Source: Selaginella moellendorffii
Lineage: Eukaryota > Plantae > Lycopodiophyta
Assembly (NCBI RefSeq): GCF_000143415.4
Contig: NW_003314268.1
Span: forward strand, 899,814 to 963,813
Direction of reading: 5' to 3'
DNA length: 64,000 nt
Shown: piece by piece, positions 47,690 to 60,000 of the stretch
How positions within the stretch are numbered: the stretch's first letter is position 1
Layout of the letters: every line of letters starts with the position of its first letter
Made by a program: the position numbers and the translations under genes
The notes under the pieces: model-generated
Database searches by the model: none
The model's input: only the letters and a program-made list of their open reading frames with translations
What the model was told of the DNA's origin: nothing

Positions 47690-50600
47690 CTTTCTTTCGG
47701 GAGTATCATCAAGGGGTTCACTTGGCACCAGTTCATCCAGTGTTTACTTTCCAAGCTCATTTTTATAACAAGAGGTCTCCTATTCTTCTCTCCGTGTTGG
47801 TTGATACAGGTTCGAGTTTATCTTCTATTGCTCGACCTGTTGCCACACGTTGTCGTCTACACTTGCGTCGTGCGGCGGATCCAGTTTTCATTCTTTATGG
47901 CAATGGCCGTACACATGCATGTGCATGAGATGAGGCAGACCTGGTTGTGCGTGTGGGCGATCTCGAGCTTGAGTTGCAGTCGTTGCAGGTGGTGCCGAGT
48001 CAAGTTTTTGACCTCATTCTTGGTATGGATTGGTTGCAGCACAATCATGCCAAGTGTGACTTTGAGGCTTCTCCCCCTTGTCTCATACTTCCTTATGTTT
48101 CATCCATTCCTCTCACTTCCATACCTCTTCGTCCCTCTACTTCTACATCTGCTTCCATTACTTTTGTTCCCCCATTGTTTCCATCTTGTTCTGCTCTTCC
48201 CTTTTCCGATCCCTCCGATGATCTTTGTGTTGCAGCTGTTGACCAGCTCATGAAGGAGTATTCTGATCTCTTTGAATTTGACCTATCGTCTGGGGCCAAG
48301 ATTGCCACACGTCATCCCATTCCAACCGGGGATGCTCGTCCAATCAAGGTTCCTGTTTGTCGTCGGTCACCCAAGGAGATCAAGATTTTACGTGCAAACG
48401 TCAAGGAGATGTTGGAGAAGGGTGTTATTCGGAAGTCGCGAAGTCCTTGGGCATGTGAACCTCATCTTGTGACGAAGCCTGATGGGAGTATTCGTTTCTG
48501 CATCGACTATCGTCCGTTAAATGAAGTGACGATCCCGGACGTGTACCCTCTTCCTCACACTGCTGATCTCTTGGATCGTTTGGGGCGAAGTCGTTGGTTC
48601 ACCAAGCTAGATCTTGCTTCTGGGTATTGGCAAGTACCGATGGCTGAAGAAGATATTCCTAAGACTGCTTTTCGTACACCATTTGGTTTGTATGAGTTTT
48701 TGGTGATGCCGTTTGGTTTGAACAATGCTTCAGCAACTTTTCAGCGGATGATGGACGAGGTTCTTTGCGATATGCCGGAGGTGACGGCTGACTTCATTGA
48801 TGATGTCTTGATCCACTCGGAGGGGACGTGGGAGGAGCATGTTCGTGATGTTTGTAAAGTGTTGGATCGGCTACGCGACGTTGGTTTAAAGCTGAAGCGG
48901 TCGAAGTGCGTGTTTGGGTCCAAGGACACAACTTATCTTGGGTACCGTATTTCTCGTGAGGGTTTGCAAGTTGATCCTGACAAACTTATGGCTGTTCTAA
49001 AGTTCCCTACTCCAAAGTGTGTGAATGATGTGCAGCACTTTTTGGGTAAGGTGCAGTATCTCGGTCGTTTTGTAGATCATCTTTCCGATCGCACTACACC
49101 ATTGCGAGCGTTGCTGAAGTCATCAACGTCATCTTTCATCTGGTCTCCCGATTGTGAGCGGGCGTTCGTGAATCTCAAAGAACTATTGACGACTCCTCCG
49201 GTTTTGGCATATCCTGACTACACTCGACCTTTTATTTTGCGCGTGGATGCTTCTGACATTAGTCTTGGAGGTGTGTTGATGCAAGAGAGCTCGAGTGTGC
49301 CTGGTCAGCGCCATCCCATTGCATACATAAGCCGTACATTACAACCAGCGGAGATGAACTACTCCACGACGGAGAAGGAGTGTTTAGCAGCAGTCTGGGG
49401 TTTCGAGAAACTTCATGCATATCTACATGGTTCTCGGACGTTACTTGAAGGTGACCATGCTGCTGTTACTTCATTATTGAAGCGGAAGAACCTGGTTGGT
49501 CGTACGGCTCGATGGGCTTTGAAGTTTCAGATATATGATTTCGATGTTATTCATCGCCCAGGGAGTTCTATGGCTGATGCTGATGCTCTTTCTCAAGCTC
49601 CTCTTCCTTCTCCACTCACTTCTCATGTTTCTGACAAACCTGTTGTTCCAGCATCTGTGGATTTTCTAGATGAGGATTCTATGCCGTTGGCAGTTGCTGT
49701 CCTTGACGTTCAGTGTCCACAGGGCATAGAGCAAGATCTACCTTCTCTGGATGAGGTTCGTGAGGCTCAAAAGATTGAGCCATGGATTCGAAGGCTTCGA
49801 GATGGGTTTGAGAATCCTGCATCACTTGCTGATGACTTGCCTTTTCGGCATTTACATTCTCAATATCGCCTTGAAAATGGCCTTCTTTATTTTGTGGGGA
49901 CGGATCCTGATGATCATTTACGGCTGGTGGTGCCTTCGGTGTTTATTTCGCGGTTTCTCCATGCCTACCATGATTCTCCTATTCTAGGTGGGCATATGGG
50001 ACACCGTCGTGTCACCGAGAAGTTGCGCAGATCTTTCTATTGGCCAGAGATGCGACGTGATATTATCCGGTATGTGCGTAGCTGCGTTTGGTGCCAAGCT
50101 TGTAATACTCCCCCTTGTGCTGCGGAAGGACGGTTGGAGTCAATTGTAGTTTCTCATCCATTTGAGTTGGTGGCATTTGATCTTATGGGACCTTTTCCGC
50201 GATCAACTGTTGGCAATGAGTATGTTATTATTGCTTCTGACTACTTGACTCGTTGGGTGGAAGTTGGTGCTCTTGCTAGTGCCTCTGCAACTGCTGTTGG
50301 ATACTTCCTCCTCAATCGAGTGGTCTTCCAGCATTCTTGTCCAGAGCGGATTCTTTTGGATAATGGTCCTGCATTTATGGCTGAGGTATTTCATGTTTTG
50401 ATATCTCGGTTGGGGATACGCCACACTTTTACGAGTGCTTATCATCCACAATCAGACGGTCTGGTGGAACGGCTCGTTCGGACATTCAAAGGGATGATTG
50501 CGAAGTATGTGAACTTTCAACATTCGGATTGGGATGGTTATTTGCCGTCTCTTCGGTATGCTTATGTCACAGGGGTGCAGAGTTCTATTGGTGCTTCACC

Positions 50601-51700
50601 ATATAAACTTCTATATGGTCATGATCCAATATTACCAACAGAGCTGGGTTTACCTTCGCGATTGCCACGAGCTCCTGATGCTAGATCATGGGATCAATAT
50701 TTGACAAGCATTCTTCCACTTGTCCGAGCAGAGTCTGCTGAACACTTAGGCCGCGTACAAGTGGGACAACAACGGCGCTACAATTCCCATCATCGTCCAC
50801 CTGCGGAGTACAAAGTGGATGATTTGGTGTTAGTCCGTTTTCCCCATCTTACGGTACGTGGTTTATCTAAGGGGCTCCTTGCGCAGTGGAAAGGACCGTA
50901 TCGGGTGTTGCGGCAAGTTGGACCACAAGTTTATGAGGTTCGGCATGACGTTCAGCAAGCCGATCCTCCGGAGATTGTGCATGTGCAGCGGTTAAAACGC
51001 TTCATACAAAGGGATCAGTGTAAGCAACCAAAGAGAACGACTTGAGAGACGATCCATAGGGTTCAAATATAGAGGGAAAGGGCCCATGAACAAGAGTGCA
51101 CCACCTTTTCCAATCGGTTAAGGGTCTTGGGATATTTGGAGTTAAGCGTCCTTGGGTTTGAATAGTACTGGGCTGGGTGACCTCCCGGGAAGTTCAAACT
51201 CAAGAGCTTACATTTGGTATCAGAGGGGTCTCGGGTCCGACTCTGTTGGTTGGCTAGGGGAATCACACCACATGTTGATTGACATTTGGCTGGTCCAGTT
51301 TGCTCCCGCTGGGCTCGACCCGAGGGGTAGGGTGTCAAGAGAGCGGGGCTCTCGGGAGAGCTGCGGCTCTCAGCTTCCGTTCACGAGGGCGTGAACTTGC
51401 AGGGAAGCGTGGTGGATTGTAAGCAACCAAAGAGAACGACTTGAGAGACGATCCATAGGGTTCAAATATAGAGGGAAAGGGCCCATAAACAAAAGTGCAC
51501 CACCTTTTCCAATCGGTTAAGGGTCTTGGGATATTTGGAGTTAAGCGTCCTTGGGTTTGAATAGTACTGGGCTGGGTGACCTCCCGGGAAGTTCAAACTC
51601 AAGAGCTTACAATCAGGAGCAGTTAATACCGTCTACAGATCCACCGATGCCTCCTCCTGACGTTCCTCCAGATCCCGGCCCATCTACAAGAGAACCCTGA
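47632..51700 (+). CDS. pol: Pol (protease-RT-RNase H-integrase), damaged by an in-frame TGA at 47926-47928 and a Cassandra insertion near the C-terminus
   Basis: LVDTGS, RFCIDYR, MPFGL, FIDDVLI, VDASD, HDSPILGGH...CVWCQ, YHPQSDGLVER and WKGPY. Removing 51019-51616 restores ...RDQEQLIPSTDPP...REP* at 51700. Confidence 0.92.
51019..51611 (+). mobile_element. Intact young Cassandra-type TRIM (593 bp)
   Basis: 194-bp LTRs at 51019-51212 and 51418-51611 with 2 mismatches, TSD ATCAG, PBS TGGTATCAGAG at 51215-51225, and a 5S-like segment AGTTAAGCGTCC...TAGTACTGGGCTGGGTGACCTCCCGGGAAG. Confidence 0.96.
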
Positions 51701-52056
51701 CGGCCTTCCATTATTCCGAGAGGAGGGGATGATGTGAGGGCCAAGTGTACGGCTACGATGCCGTATACTAATATTAACGTAGTGGATTTTGGTAGCCGTC
51801 GGATTGGTTTCAATCCGGACCACTCGCTCCTGTATATAAGCTAGGGTTTTTGGGCTAATTGATATGCACATTTCTGTATTCCTCACAATTTTAATTAATT
51901 TTATAAGCTATTCAGTCTGTTGGTTATAAATGGATAATAATGTAATATTAATCATAAGATCTTAATCATCCATCTATTAATCTAACTTATAAAAGCATTA
52001 ATTGTACCTTTTATTTAAATTATTTTTCTTTTCTAAGAGTTTAATTATATTAACAA

Positions 52057-52210
52057 TGTGAAGTCCAAATGTATGGCTACAATGCCATATACTAATATTA
52101 GCAAAGTAGGATTTTGATAGGTATTGGATTGGTGTCAATTTAGACCACTTGCTCCTGTATATAAGCTAGGGTTTTGGCACTAATCAAATATGTATACTTT
52201 TGTATTCCTT
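52057..52210 (+). mobile_element. Degenerate LTR of the 155-bp-LTR Gypsy family
   Basis: tgtgaagtccaaatgtatggctacaatgcc...gctcctgtatataagctagggtttt...tgtattcct matches 46330-46484. Confidence 0.8.
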
Positions 52211-53489
52211 TTTTATATTCCATGCATTCACAATAGCAAAATTGATTTAAAATTAATTAAATATATGGTTTTTGTATTCTTTAATAAATCATGGTATTTA
52301 AATAGGATATATATATGAAACAAAAACTCCAACAACACTATCACAAGCAAGTACAAAGAAGCACTGCTTCCTAAGGATTTAAAATTTCCCTACTATGATA
52401 TTAATTATCATTGCTATGCAGAGGTTTATCCTCCTTAACACTGACATCATCAGCAGTGCCAATATTATTTTCTATGACAACACTCACTTGCTCAATTATT
52501 CTTTATTTCCCCCAAGGCCCTTCTTTTGTATTTTCTTTCGTTCTCCCATCAATGTTAGTATTGTCCTCCAATCCTTTATGGTGGAAAACTATCCAAGGGT
52601 AATCTAGGATCAAAGAAAAGTGACATTAACATTAGTGATAGAAATGTTTAGGAAAGTAAGAAAATCAAAGATTTTGTGTTTGTAATTACTTCTCTTTTTT
52701 CCATTTTTCAATTATAGTTTTAAAGTTTTGCCTATAAACCTCATAATTATCCTGCTATTGGTAGAAGTGCCTTTATTATAAAGTTGGCTAGACTCACTAG
52801 TCCCTCAAAGGGGTCTTTTTTGAAATCCAAGAGCACTTGATTCCTCATTATTGTCAAGAGTCCATAATAGAAGCATATGATTTTTAACTCTATGGCTTTC
52901 TTCTAGCCAATTCACCAAATTCACCTAGGTGTTAGGATCAAAAATTGCACAATAAATAGAATATTGAACACATACCATTGGCCAGCTTGACTAGAAGAGC
53001 TTGACAAAATTGCTAGAATTTCCAGAACACTAGGTTAGAAGTGACTTTAGCAATATAAAGTCCTTTCAAGGATATTGATTTGTTTCTTCTTAACAACAAT
53101 CTTTCTAGATATGCCTAAAGTTCCAACCAAGAGGATTTCCTAATAATCTTACTATAAGCTCAATTTTTTTGTATTAAAAGTCCAAGTAGAATTTCATATT
53201 TACTAGATTCAAAGAATTAAATTTCACAATTATAAATAGAAAAATCAAAGAAAGATGTTAAAGTTTATACAGTATTTAAGAAGTTGCAAATTTTAAGGAT
53301 ATAGATGTAGGGTTCACCCTTCACAGAAAGAGAGTTAATCATAATACACAATTTGTAAAAGTTTACTAAAATATAATCTAAGTAGACTACTATTGAATTA
53401 TAATTGCAAGGTGTTGGATTGTTTTATGCTTTTAATGCCTTTTCTGCATAGCTTATATTGTGAGTAGTTCATTTGTGTTTTTCATTTGG

Positions 53490-55607
53490 TTTGGGAACTG
53501 TGAGTAGGCATTTGCAAATCTCAAAGATGTGGTGATGACTCCTTTAGTTTTGGAATATCCTTATTACACTCGACCTTTCATCTTGTATATGAATACTTTT
53601 AATCTTAATCTCAAAGGTATATTGATTGTACATCTTGAGTGTATTTAGACCAGATAAGCATAAGGACAGAATTCTTACATGCTATTAGCTAAACATACTT
53701 AACCTAGTAAAAAGTTCCCATTTTGTTATGTGTTTCATTGGTTAGTAACAAAAATCATCATATGTTGAATTTAGTCCTTCAATAATTCTATATGATAGTT
53801 TATCGTGTTCACTAAACACCCTCACTATCATGCCTTATATATTGGTTCCATTCCAGTCCTTTGTGCTATTTATGGTAAGTGTCTAGATTTATTTAAATGA
53901 CATATCTATGGAATGTACAGAGTGTCATAAATCCCATAGTGTTGTTCCCACATTCCAATTTGTAATAATGTGTTATTGTATATTTAGTAAGTTTTAAAAC
54001 TTGCTTCAAAGACTAACTCTCAAGATAGAAGGTTGTGAGGGGTTCCAAATATATAATAAAGATAGGTGTTTAAAAACATTATTGACCATCTAAAATATTA
54101 ATTTGGCTTTTATTAGGCTATATCACTCTTTATTCTACATCCAACTTGGGCACAAGTCCAAGTTTTATGCTGCTCTAATTAGTGGGGTACCCACCTCTTT
54201 GCATTATGCCACCAGTATGCCAAAATTATGCCAAACATCGTTTGACACAATTTTGTATGAAAAAACTAGATATAGGGAGTTGGTGTTTATAGAGGATATT
54301 AAGTACATACTGGATCCTCATTTCATTGTACAAAGGTCTTGAGTTCGGTTCCAAATACAAGTGTGCTATAATAAAGCTTCATGCATATTTGTATAGTTCT
54401 TAAACATTGTTAAAGTGTGATTATATTGCAGTCATTTCATCACTATGGAAGAATTTGGTTATGTAAGCTCTTGAGTTTAAATTTTTTAAGAAGTCACCTA
54501 GCCCAGTACTATTCAAACCCAAATATGCTTAACCCTAAGTATCTCAAAACCTTTAACCGATTGGAAAAGGGGGTGCACTCTTATTCATGAGCCCTTTCCT
54601 TTTATATTTAAACCTTATGAATTGCTTCTCAAATAGTTTCTTTTAGTTGTTTACAATTCACTTTGCTTCTTTGCAAATTCACACCCTCATGAACAGAAGC
54701 TAAAAGCCATAACTCTCCTGAGAGCCCCACTCTCTTGACACCCTACTTTTTGGATTGAGCCCAATTATAATAAATTGGACTTGCCAAATGTTAATTAACA
54801 TGTTTTTTGACACCCTACCCCTTAGGTCGAGCCCAACCGAAGTACCCCTTAGGTCAAGCTTAGTTGGAGTACCCTTTGGGTCAAGCTTAGGCTGGAGCAA
54901 ATTGGACTTGCTATATATCAATTAACATATGGTGTGATTCCCCAAAAAGTGTAAGTTTTTTGAGTTTGAACTTCTTGGGAGGTCACTCAACCCAGTATTA
55001 TTCAAACTCAAGGACACTTAACCCCAAATATCCCAAAGCCTTTAATCAATTGGAAAAAAATGTACACTTTTGTTCATAAACCCTTTCCCTTTATATTTAA
55101 ACCCCATGAATCATCTCTTGAGTTATTCCCTTTGGTTGCTTATAGGTTGGTTGTACTATTAAGTGGGATCTAAAGCTTTAAATATATAATTTTGCGGATG
55201 TTTATCATTTGGAAAGTTCTTTAGATAATACTGATACCCTTTCTTGAGATTTTCTCCCTTTTTTGCTCTCTTCTCATATTTCTAATGGCATATTATTCTA
55301 ACATTAATGGATTTTTTAGATGAGGATTCCATACCATTTACAGATACTTTACTTAATATTCAATATCCACAACGTGCAAAATTAGATTTACCTTCTTTTA
55401 ATGAGGTTCTTTACTTCCTGATATTCCTCCAAATCCCAACCCATTAACGAAGAAACTTTTATTGCCTTCCATCTTTCCAACAGGAGGGGATGATGTGAGG
55501 TCCAAGTGTATTTCTATGATGTTATTAACATAATGGGATTGTGATAGTTATAAGATTAATTTTAATCTAGACCACTTGCTTTTGAATATAAGCTAGGGTT
55601 TTTAGGC
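53490..55607 (+). mobile_element. Old, internally deleted copy of the same Gypsy family carrying nested insertions
   Basis: 53490-53645 resembles 49150-49300, 55250-55410 resembles 49600-49760, and 55415-55607 resembles 51655-51850 including the PPT and LTR start (tgtgagg at 55494). Confidence 0.75.
54462..55144 (-). mobile_element. Degenerate Cassandra-type TRIM with the PBS deleted
   Basis: LTRs at 54462-54655 and 54950-55144 in reverse orientation, near-TSD GGTTA/GGTTG. Confidence 0.88.
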
Positions 55608-55829
55608 TCTTGGTCTCCATACATTCCCTCTGCATTGTCAAAGCCAAACTAGCTCAACCAATCAATCTCTACAATCCAACTTTTGAACCAAAGTCTATTC
55701 TAAGTCAAAGTGATTTAGAGTGCTTTCCCAAGCCAAAACCATAGAAAAGAGCTAGTTGCCTGGAGTAAGCAATTGATAAATGTTTAACAGCTCAAAGCAT
55801 ACTAAATCACCTCCAACTATAAGAAAGGG

Positions 55830-57060
55830 AATGAACTTATAGAGAAGTTGATGGTAAGGATGAGTATCCATCACCATATTGGCCACAAGTTCCATACCAA
55901 GAGAATACAATGCAACAATTTGCATTCAAAAGTGTTCTAGTGTATGCTGGGAGTTGGAGTGCAATAGCAGCAAGGGATGGGATGCCATGGCAGAGGTCCT
56001 CAATGTTATAGATGTTGGGAATTTGGTCATATTCAAGCAGATTATCCAAATGTAAAGAAGCCAAAATATTCCTAGCCAATGTGCGGAGTGTATGGGACTC
56101 AAGGCCTCCATCCTCAAGATCAATGTCCTCACAAGTTGAAGTAGGACTATGTCAAGCAAGTAGTCAATTTGTGAGTTGCGTTTGTTCAAGAAGCAGACCT
56201 AGATCGGACTCATTATAAGCTAAGCACAGGTCGTGGTTATGGAAAGAAAGATATGCTTACTTGGATGGTGCAGACTTGACATAATCAAAATGAGAAGGTT
56301 TTTGCAAATCCTGAAGAGGAGAGTGATCCTGAGCACTTCACAAGAAGGTAGAGGTGTAAGAGGCAAGAAATTTTATGTTGAGTCCTTTTTTAGTTCAGGT
56401 CAAGAACGGGAAGGAAGATGAAGTGTGCACTCCAAATTCAATGGCAATACTCAAGACTGTAGGTGTTCCTTCTCCAGCACAGGTGAGTAAGCTCTTTGAT
56501 CAGTTTAGAGGGAGTAAGAAGCCACTCAAAGCAATCAAGAGGCAAAGGTATAGACAAGTCTTGAATCTGGAAGCTGCTCTTTATGATATTTTGAGGGACC
56601 TGGACAATCAAAAACCAACAATTACTTTTGCTCAATTACTTCAGCTAACTCTTTCTCCACTAATTCTACATATATAGTTTCTTTAATAGTGAGGTTCATG
56701 TATGTTCATGGAAAATTTTTAAAGCACATTTGTCCACAACAAAGCAGAGTTGAAGATACATTCTTTGAAATGTCTATTATTCAAACTAAAGACATGATTG
56801 AAGAGGATAATGCATTTGAACATGATAACATGGAACCACAAGTACTTGTGATTGTGGGAAATTCACTGATGGAGGCACATATTGCATATAAGGCTGCTGC
56901 TACTGATAGACAGTTACTGCTTGTGCTTATGCTCTCATAGGATGATAAAAACAATTTTTTCATTCATGGTTAGTCCGGCCACAGAATTGACAACTTACTC
57001 TCACTTGCTGGATTGGACATTCATTTGGATAGTGAACATAAGTTTTGCATTCCATACACT
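55830..57060 (+). mobile_element. Degenerate retroelement gag/protease-like relic
   Basis: Broken ORFs including YDILRDLDNQKPTITFAQLLQL, resembling Gypsy gag-protease linker regions. Confidence 0.45.
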
Positions 57061-57097
57061 AGATATTTGAGCGATCACACACTAGCTGGGGAGGATT

Positions 57098-60000
57098 CTA
57101 AACACCCTTGATCCAATTAACTTGTAAGTCCCTCATCTTTTTTGTAAGAGCCTTGACTAAATCTTCTTTAACCTTGTTCATTTGCACATCTAGTGATGGA
57201 GCTGGAGCTTGAAATTGTATAGGAGCCACTGGAGCCACTGCTGGGATCAAAGTTGGAGCTGTCACACTTGCTGGATTCAAAATTCCAGGTTGTTATGAGC
57301 TATTCCTGGCTCATAACTAGTACGGATGTAGGACTACAGGGGATCCATATGAGATATATATGATTGGCACAAAGGGGGAGCCTTGAGCCTTTTCTTTCCT
57401 CTTCTCTTGTTTCTCATGTGATTCACTCATTAATGGATCACATCCTTTTTTATTGGATTCACATCCTAACATTTGGTATCAGAGCATTGATCAGGACCTT
57501 GGCAAAGATCATCCGGGATATTGCATCATGGGAGAGAGGATTGGTCCACGTCCTTAGCATGCCTGATCTAGGGTACAGATGTCTCAGCAAGGCATCTGAC
57601 AGGAGGTGATCGCGATGGCAATCTAGGTTGTCATGGGCGATCTGGGCTTGGGCGAGAGGGAGGCGCCGGAGAGAAGCAATGCCACCATGGAACAAGGGGA
57701 AAAAGGAGGTGAAATCTTCCCCTTCAGCCGATGGAGAATCCAGCAATGTAGGAGGTGGTTGATCCATTGAATTCACCACAGGTAGTGCTGAGCTGGTTGG
57801 TGAGTTGAGGGAGGTGTTGTAGTCTTTTATGCCGTGCTATGTGACAAATCATCAGTAGGACTTGGAGAGGTTCCAACAACTGCAGCGTACCTTGGCCATC
57901 ATTGAGCACAATCAGGCCACTATGGGTGGCAAGATAGAGGAGCTGGGAGAGCAGTGGCGGGTTTTGGCAGAGAAGCAAGAGCAGATGGGGTCTAGGGTCA
58001 AGGGCCGAAGAGACCCTGATCTGAAAGACATCGTGCACCAGTTTTTTTACGAAGATTGGTTACAAGATTCGAGTCCTGAGTTACCCCCAATGGATGATCA
58101 ACCTTGGTATGATGACTTGCTGGAGAAGATGAAGTTGCCACTTCCAAGGGGATACTCGGGAGGGGTCTAGGGATGGGGTCATGGTGGCAGGATCGGGAGA
58201 AGCTCAATATACCTGAGTATGATGGCACAAATGATCGATTAAGACTTCAAGATTGGATAAGGTTCCCTTTGCGTCAATCTTTTTGAAGGATCTGGTTTCA
58301 TAACTTGGAACGAGCTTGCATATTCCCAAACTGGGAACAGTTCAAAGTCTTGATCACTGACACTTTCATCTTGATCCTAGTTTTGGAGCTGCCCTTCAAC
58401 AAGTTGTGCGACCTTCGCTATGACTAGCAACATCAAACTCTCTAGGCATTCAATACAGGATGGTTACGGGCCAGATATGAGGTAGTGGGAGTTTTAGACG
58501 AGATTCTGGCCTAGCGTCACATAGCAGCGCTGCCTTCATCAATGGCAGGTGATGTTGCTCAAACCAAGCCAGTTTCTGTGTGTCAGGCAATGGTGGCAGC
58601 ATTGAATGCAGACCAGCGGTTTCATGAATGGGAGTCTCGATTGCGTCGTCCTGATATAAGTAGGCCTCATTGTCAGGATTTTCCAGCTGCATCACCAACT
58701 CCAACGCCGACAATGTTGCCGACAGTGAACAGTGATAAGGAACGCAAGCCTTGGCAAGATCTATCCACTCAAAAGCGGGCCAAACGCTCAGAGGATTTGA
58801 AGATGGGCAAATGCTTTGATTGTGAGCAGAAATGGACACGAGGCCACCATTTGGTTTGTCCATCTCGGAAGGGTGCTACAGTTCCCAAGGCAAAGGACAT
58901 TTTTGCGAGGCTGCTTCTAGGGAATTTGTTCCAGTCGACATAGACATGGTTGATGAGGGCGAGGAGATCTTTGTTGGGAATCAGGGAACAACAGCCCAGG
59001 CTCGGAGGACCTTGACAGCTCAGGTGGCAAGGCATTTATCTCCTACTCAGCATATTTTGGAAAGACTGGTCTGCAGTGCTTCCGGGTGCGGGGAACAATT
59101 AATGGCAGAGTGGCATTCGGCCTGGTTGACTTTGGCGCCTCACACACGTTTGTGAATCGGTGGAGTTTATCACAATTGAAGCTCCTCCCGTTGCACACCA
59201 ACAGTCTTTTGAATGTTGAGATTGCAGATGGAGGGATGGTGAAATCATCTCAAGTGGTGGATTGTGCATTTGTGGTTGGGGAGTACACAGTGAAGGGTTG
59301 GTTTCATGTGTTGGATATGGGCACAGTGGATGTAGTCATCGGGGTGGAGACTCTCCAGTAGCTTGGGGATATCATGGTGAACTTCCAAGAGCAACACCTC
59401 AGCTTCAATAACAATGGCAAGAGGGTCACTTGGGCTGGTATTGAGGTTCCCCAGGAATTCCCAATGGTGTCTTATGCCCAGTGTGCTTGGATGTGCCGGA
59501 AGGGCACAATTGTCGTACCTGTTGAAGCTGGAGACCAAACAGGAGGGTTGCAAAAGGCTAAGAGAGATGAGGCAATGCAGTGCAGAGTGGCTGCTAGCAA
59601 GAATTCAGTTGCTCAGTAGGAGGAGTTTCATGAGCTTCAATAAGATATTCTCAGGTTGACAATTCCAAGGGATTTTCGTAAGGTTCTCCTCCGTCATCTA
59701 CCAGTTTTCAACCACCAAATTTCCTTGTTGGTGTCATCTAGAACAGGTGTGGAACATTCCATCATCCTAGAGGGCAACTCCATTCCAGTTACTTGTCCAT
59801 TTTTGAGATTATCATGGGAGGAACGTCAAGAGGTTGACAGGATGATAAATGAGCTTCTCCAGCAAGGACTAATAGAGCTGAGTTCTAGTCCATTTGCTGC
59901 ACCCATTTTTCTGGTTTTGAAAAAAGATGGCAGTTGGCGACTGTGTGTGGACTATAGAGCACTGAACAGAATCACAATTAAAAACAGGTTTCCTATCCCG

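Larger units (their letters stand above)
46330..51887 (+). mobile_element. Young full-length non-chromovirus Ty3/Gypsy LTR retrotransposon with 155-bp LTRs
   Basis: LTRs at 46330-46484 and 51733-51887 (TGTGAGG...CCTCACA, 2 mismatches), 4-bp TSD ATTT, PBS TGGTGGAGGTGAGGGG, PPT GAGAGGAGGGGA before the 3' LTR, and PR-RT-RH-IN order. Confidence 0.96.

Noticed and set aside
47926-47928. Programmed stop-codon readthrough in pol
   Set aside because: The TGA falls in the middle of the protease domain and lacks a leaky context such as CARYYA. A CGA-to-TGA mutation is the simpler explanation; the family consensus would settle it.
51140-51194. Genuine 5S rRNA gene
   Set aside because: Only the internal ~55 nt resembles 5S, and it is embedded in LTRs without the 5S 5' and 3' ends.
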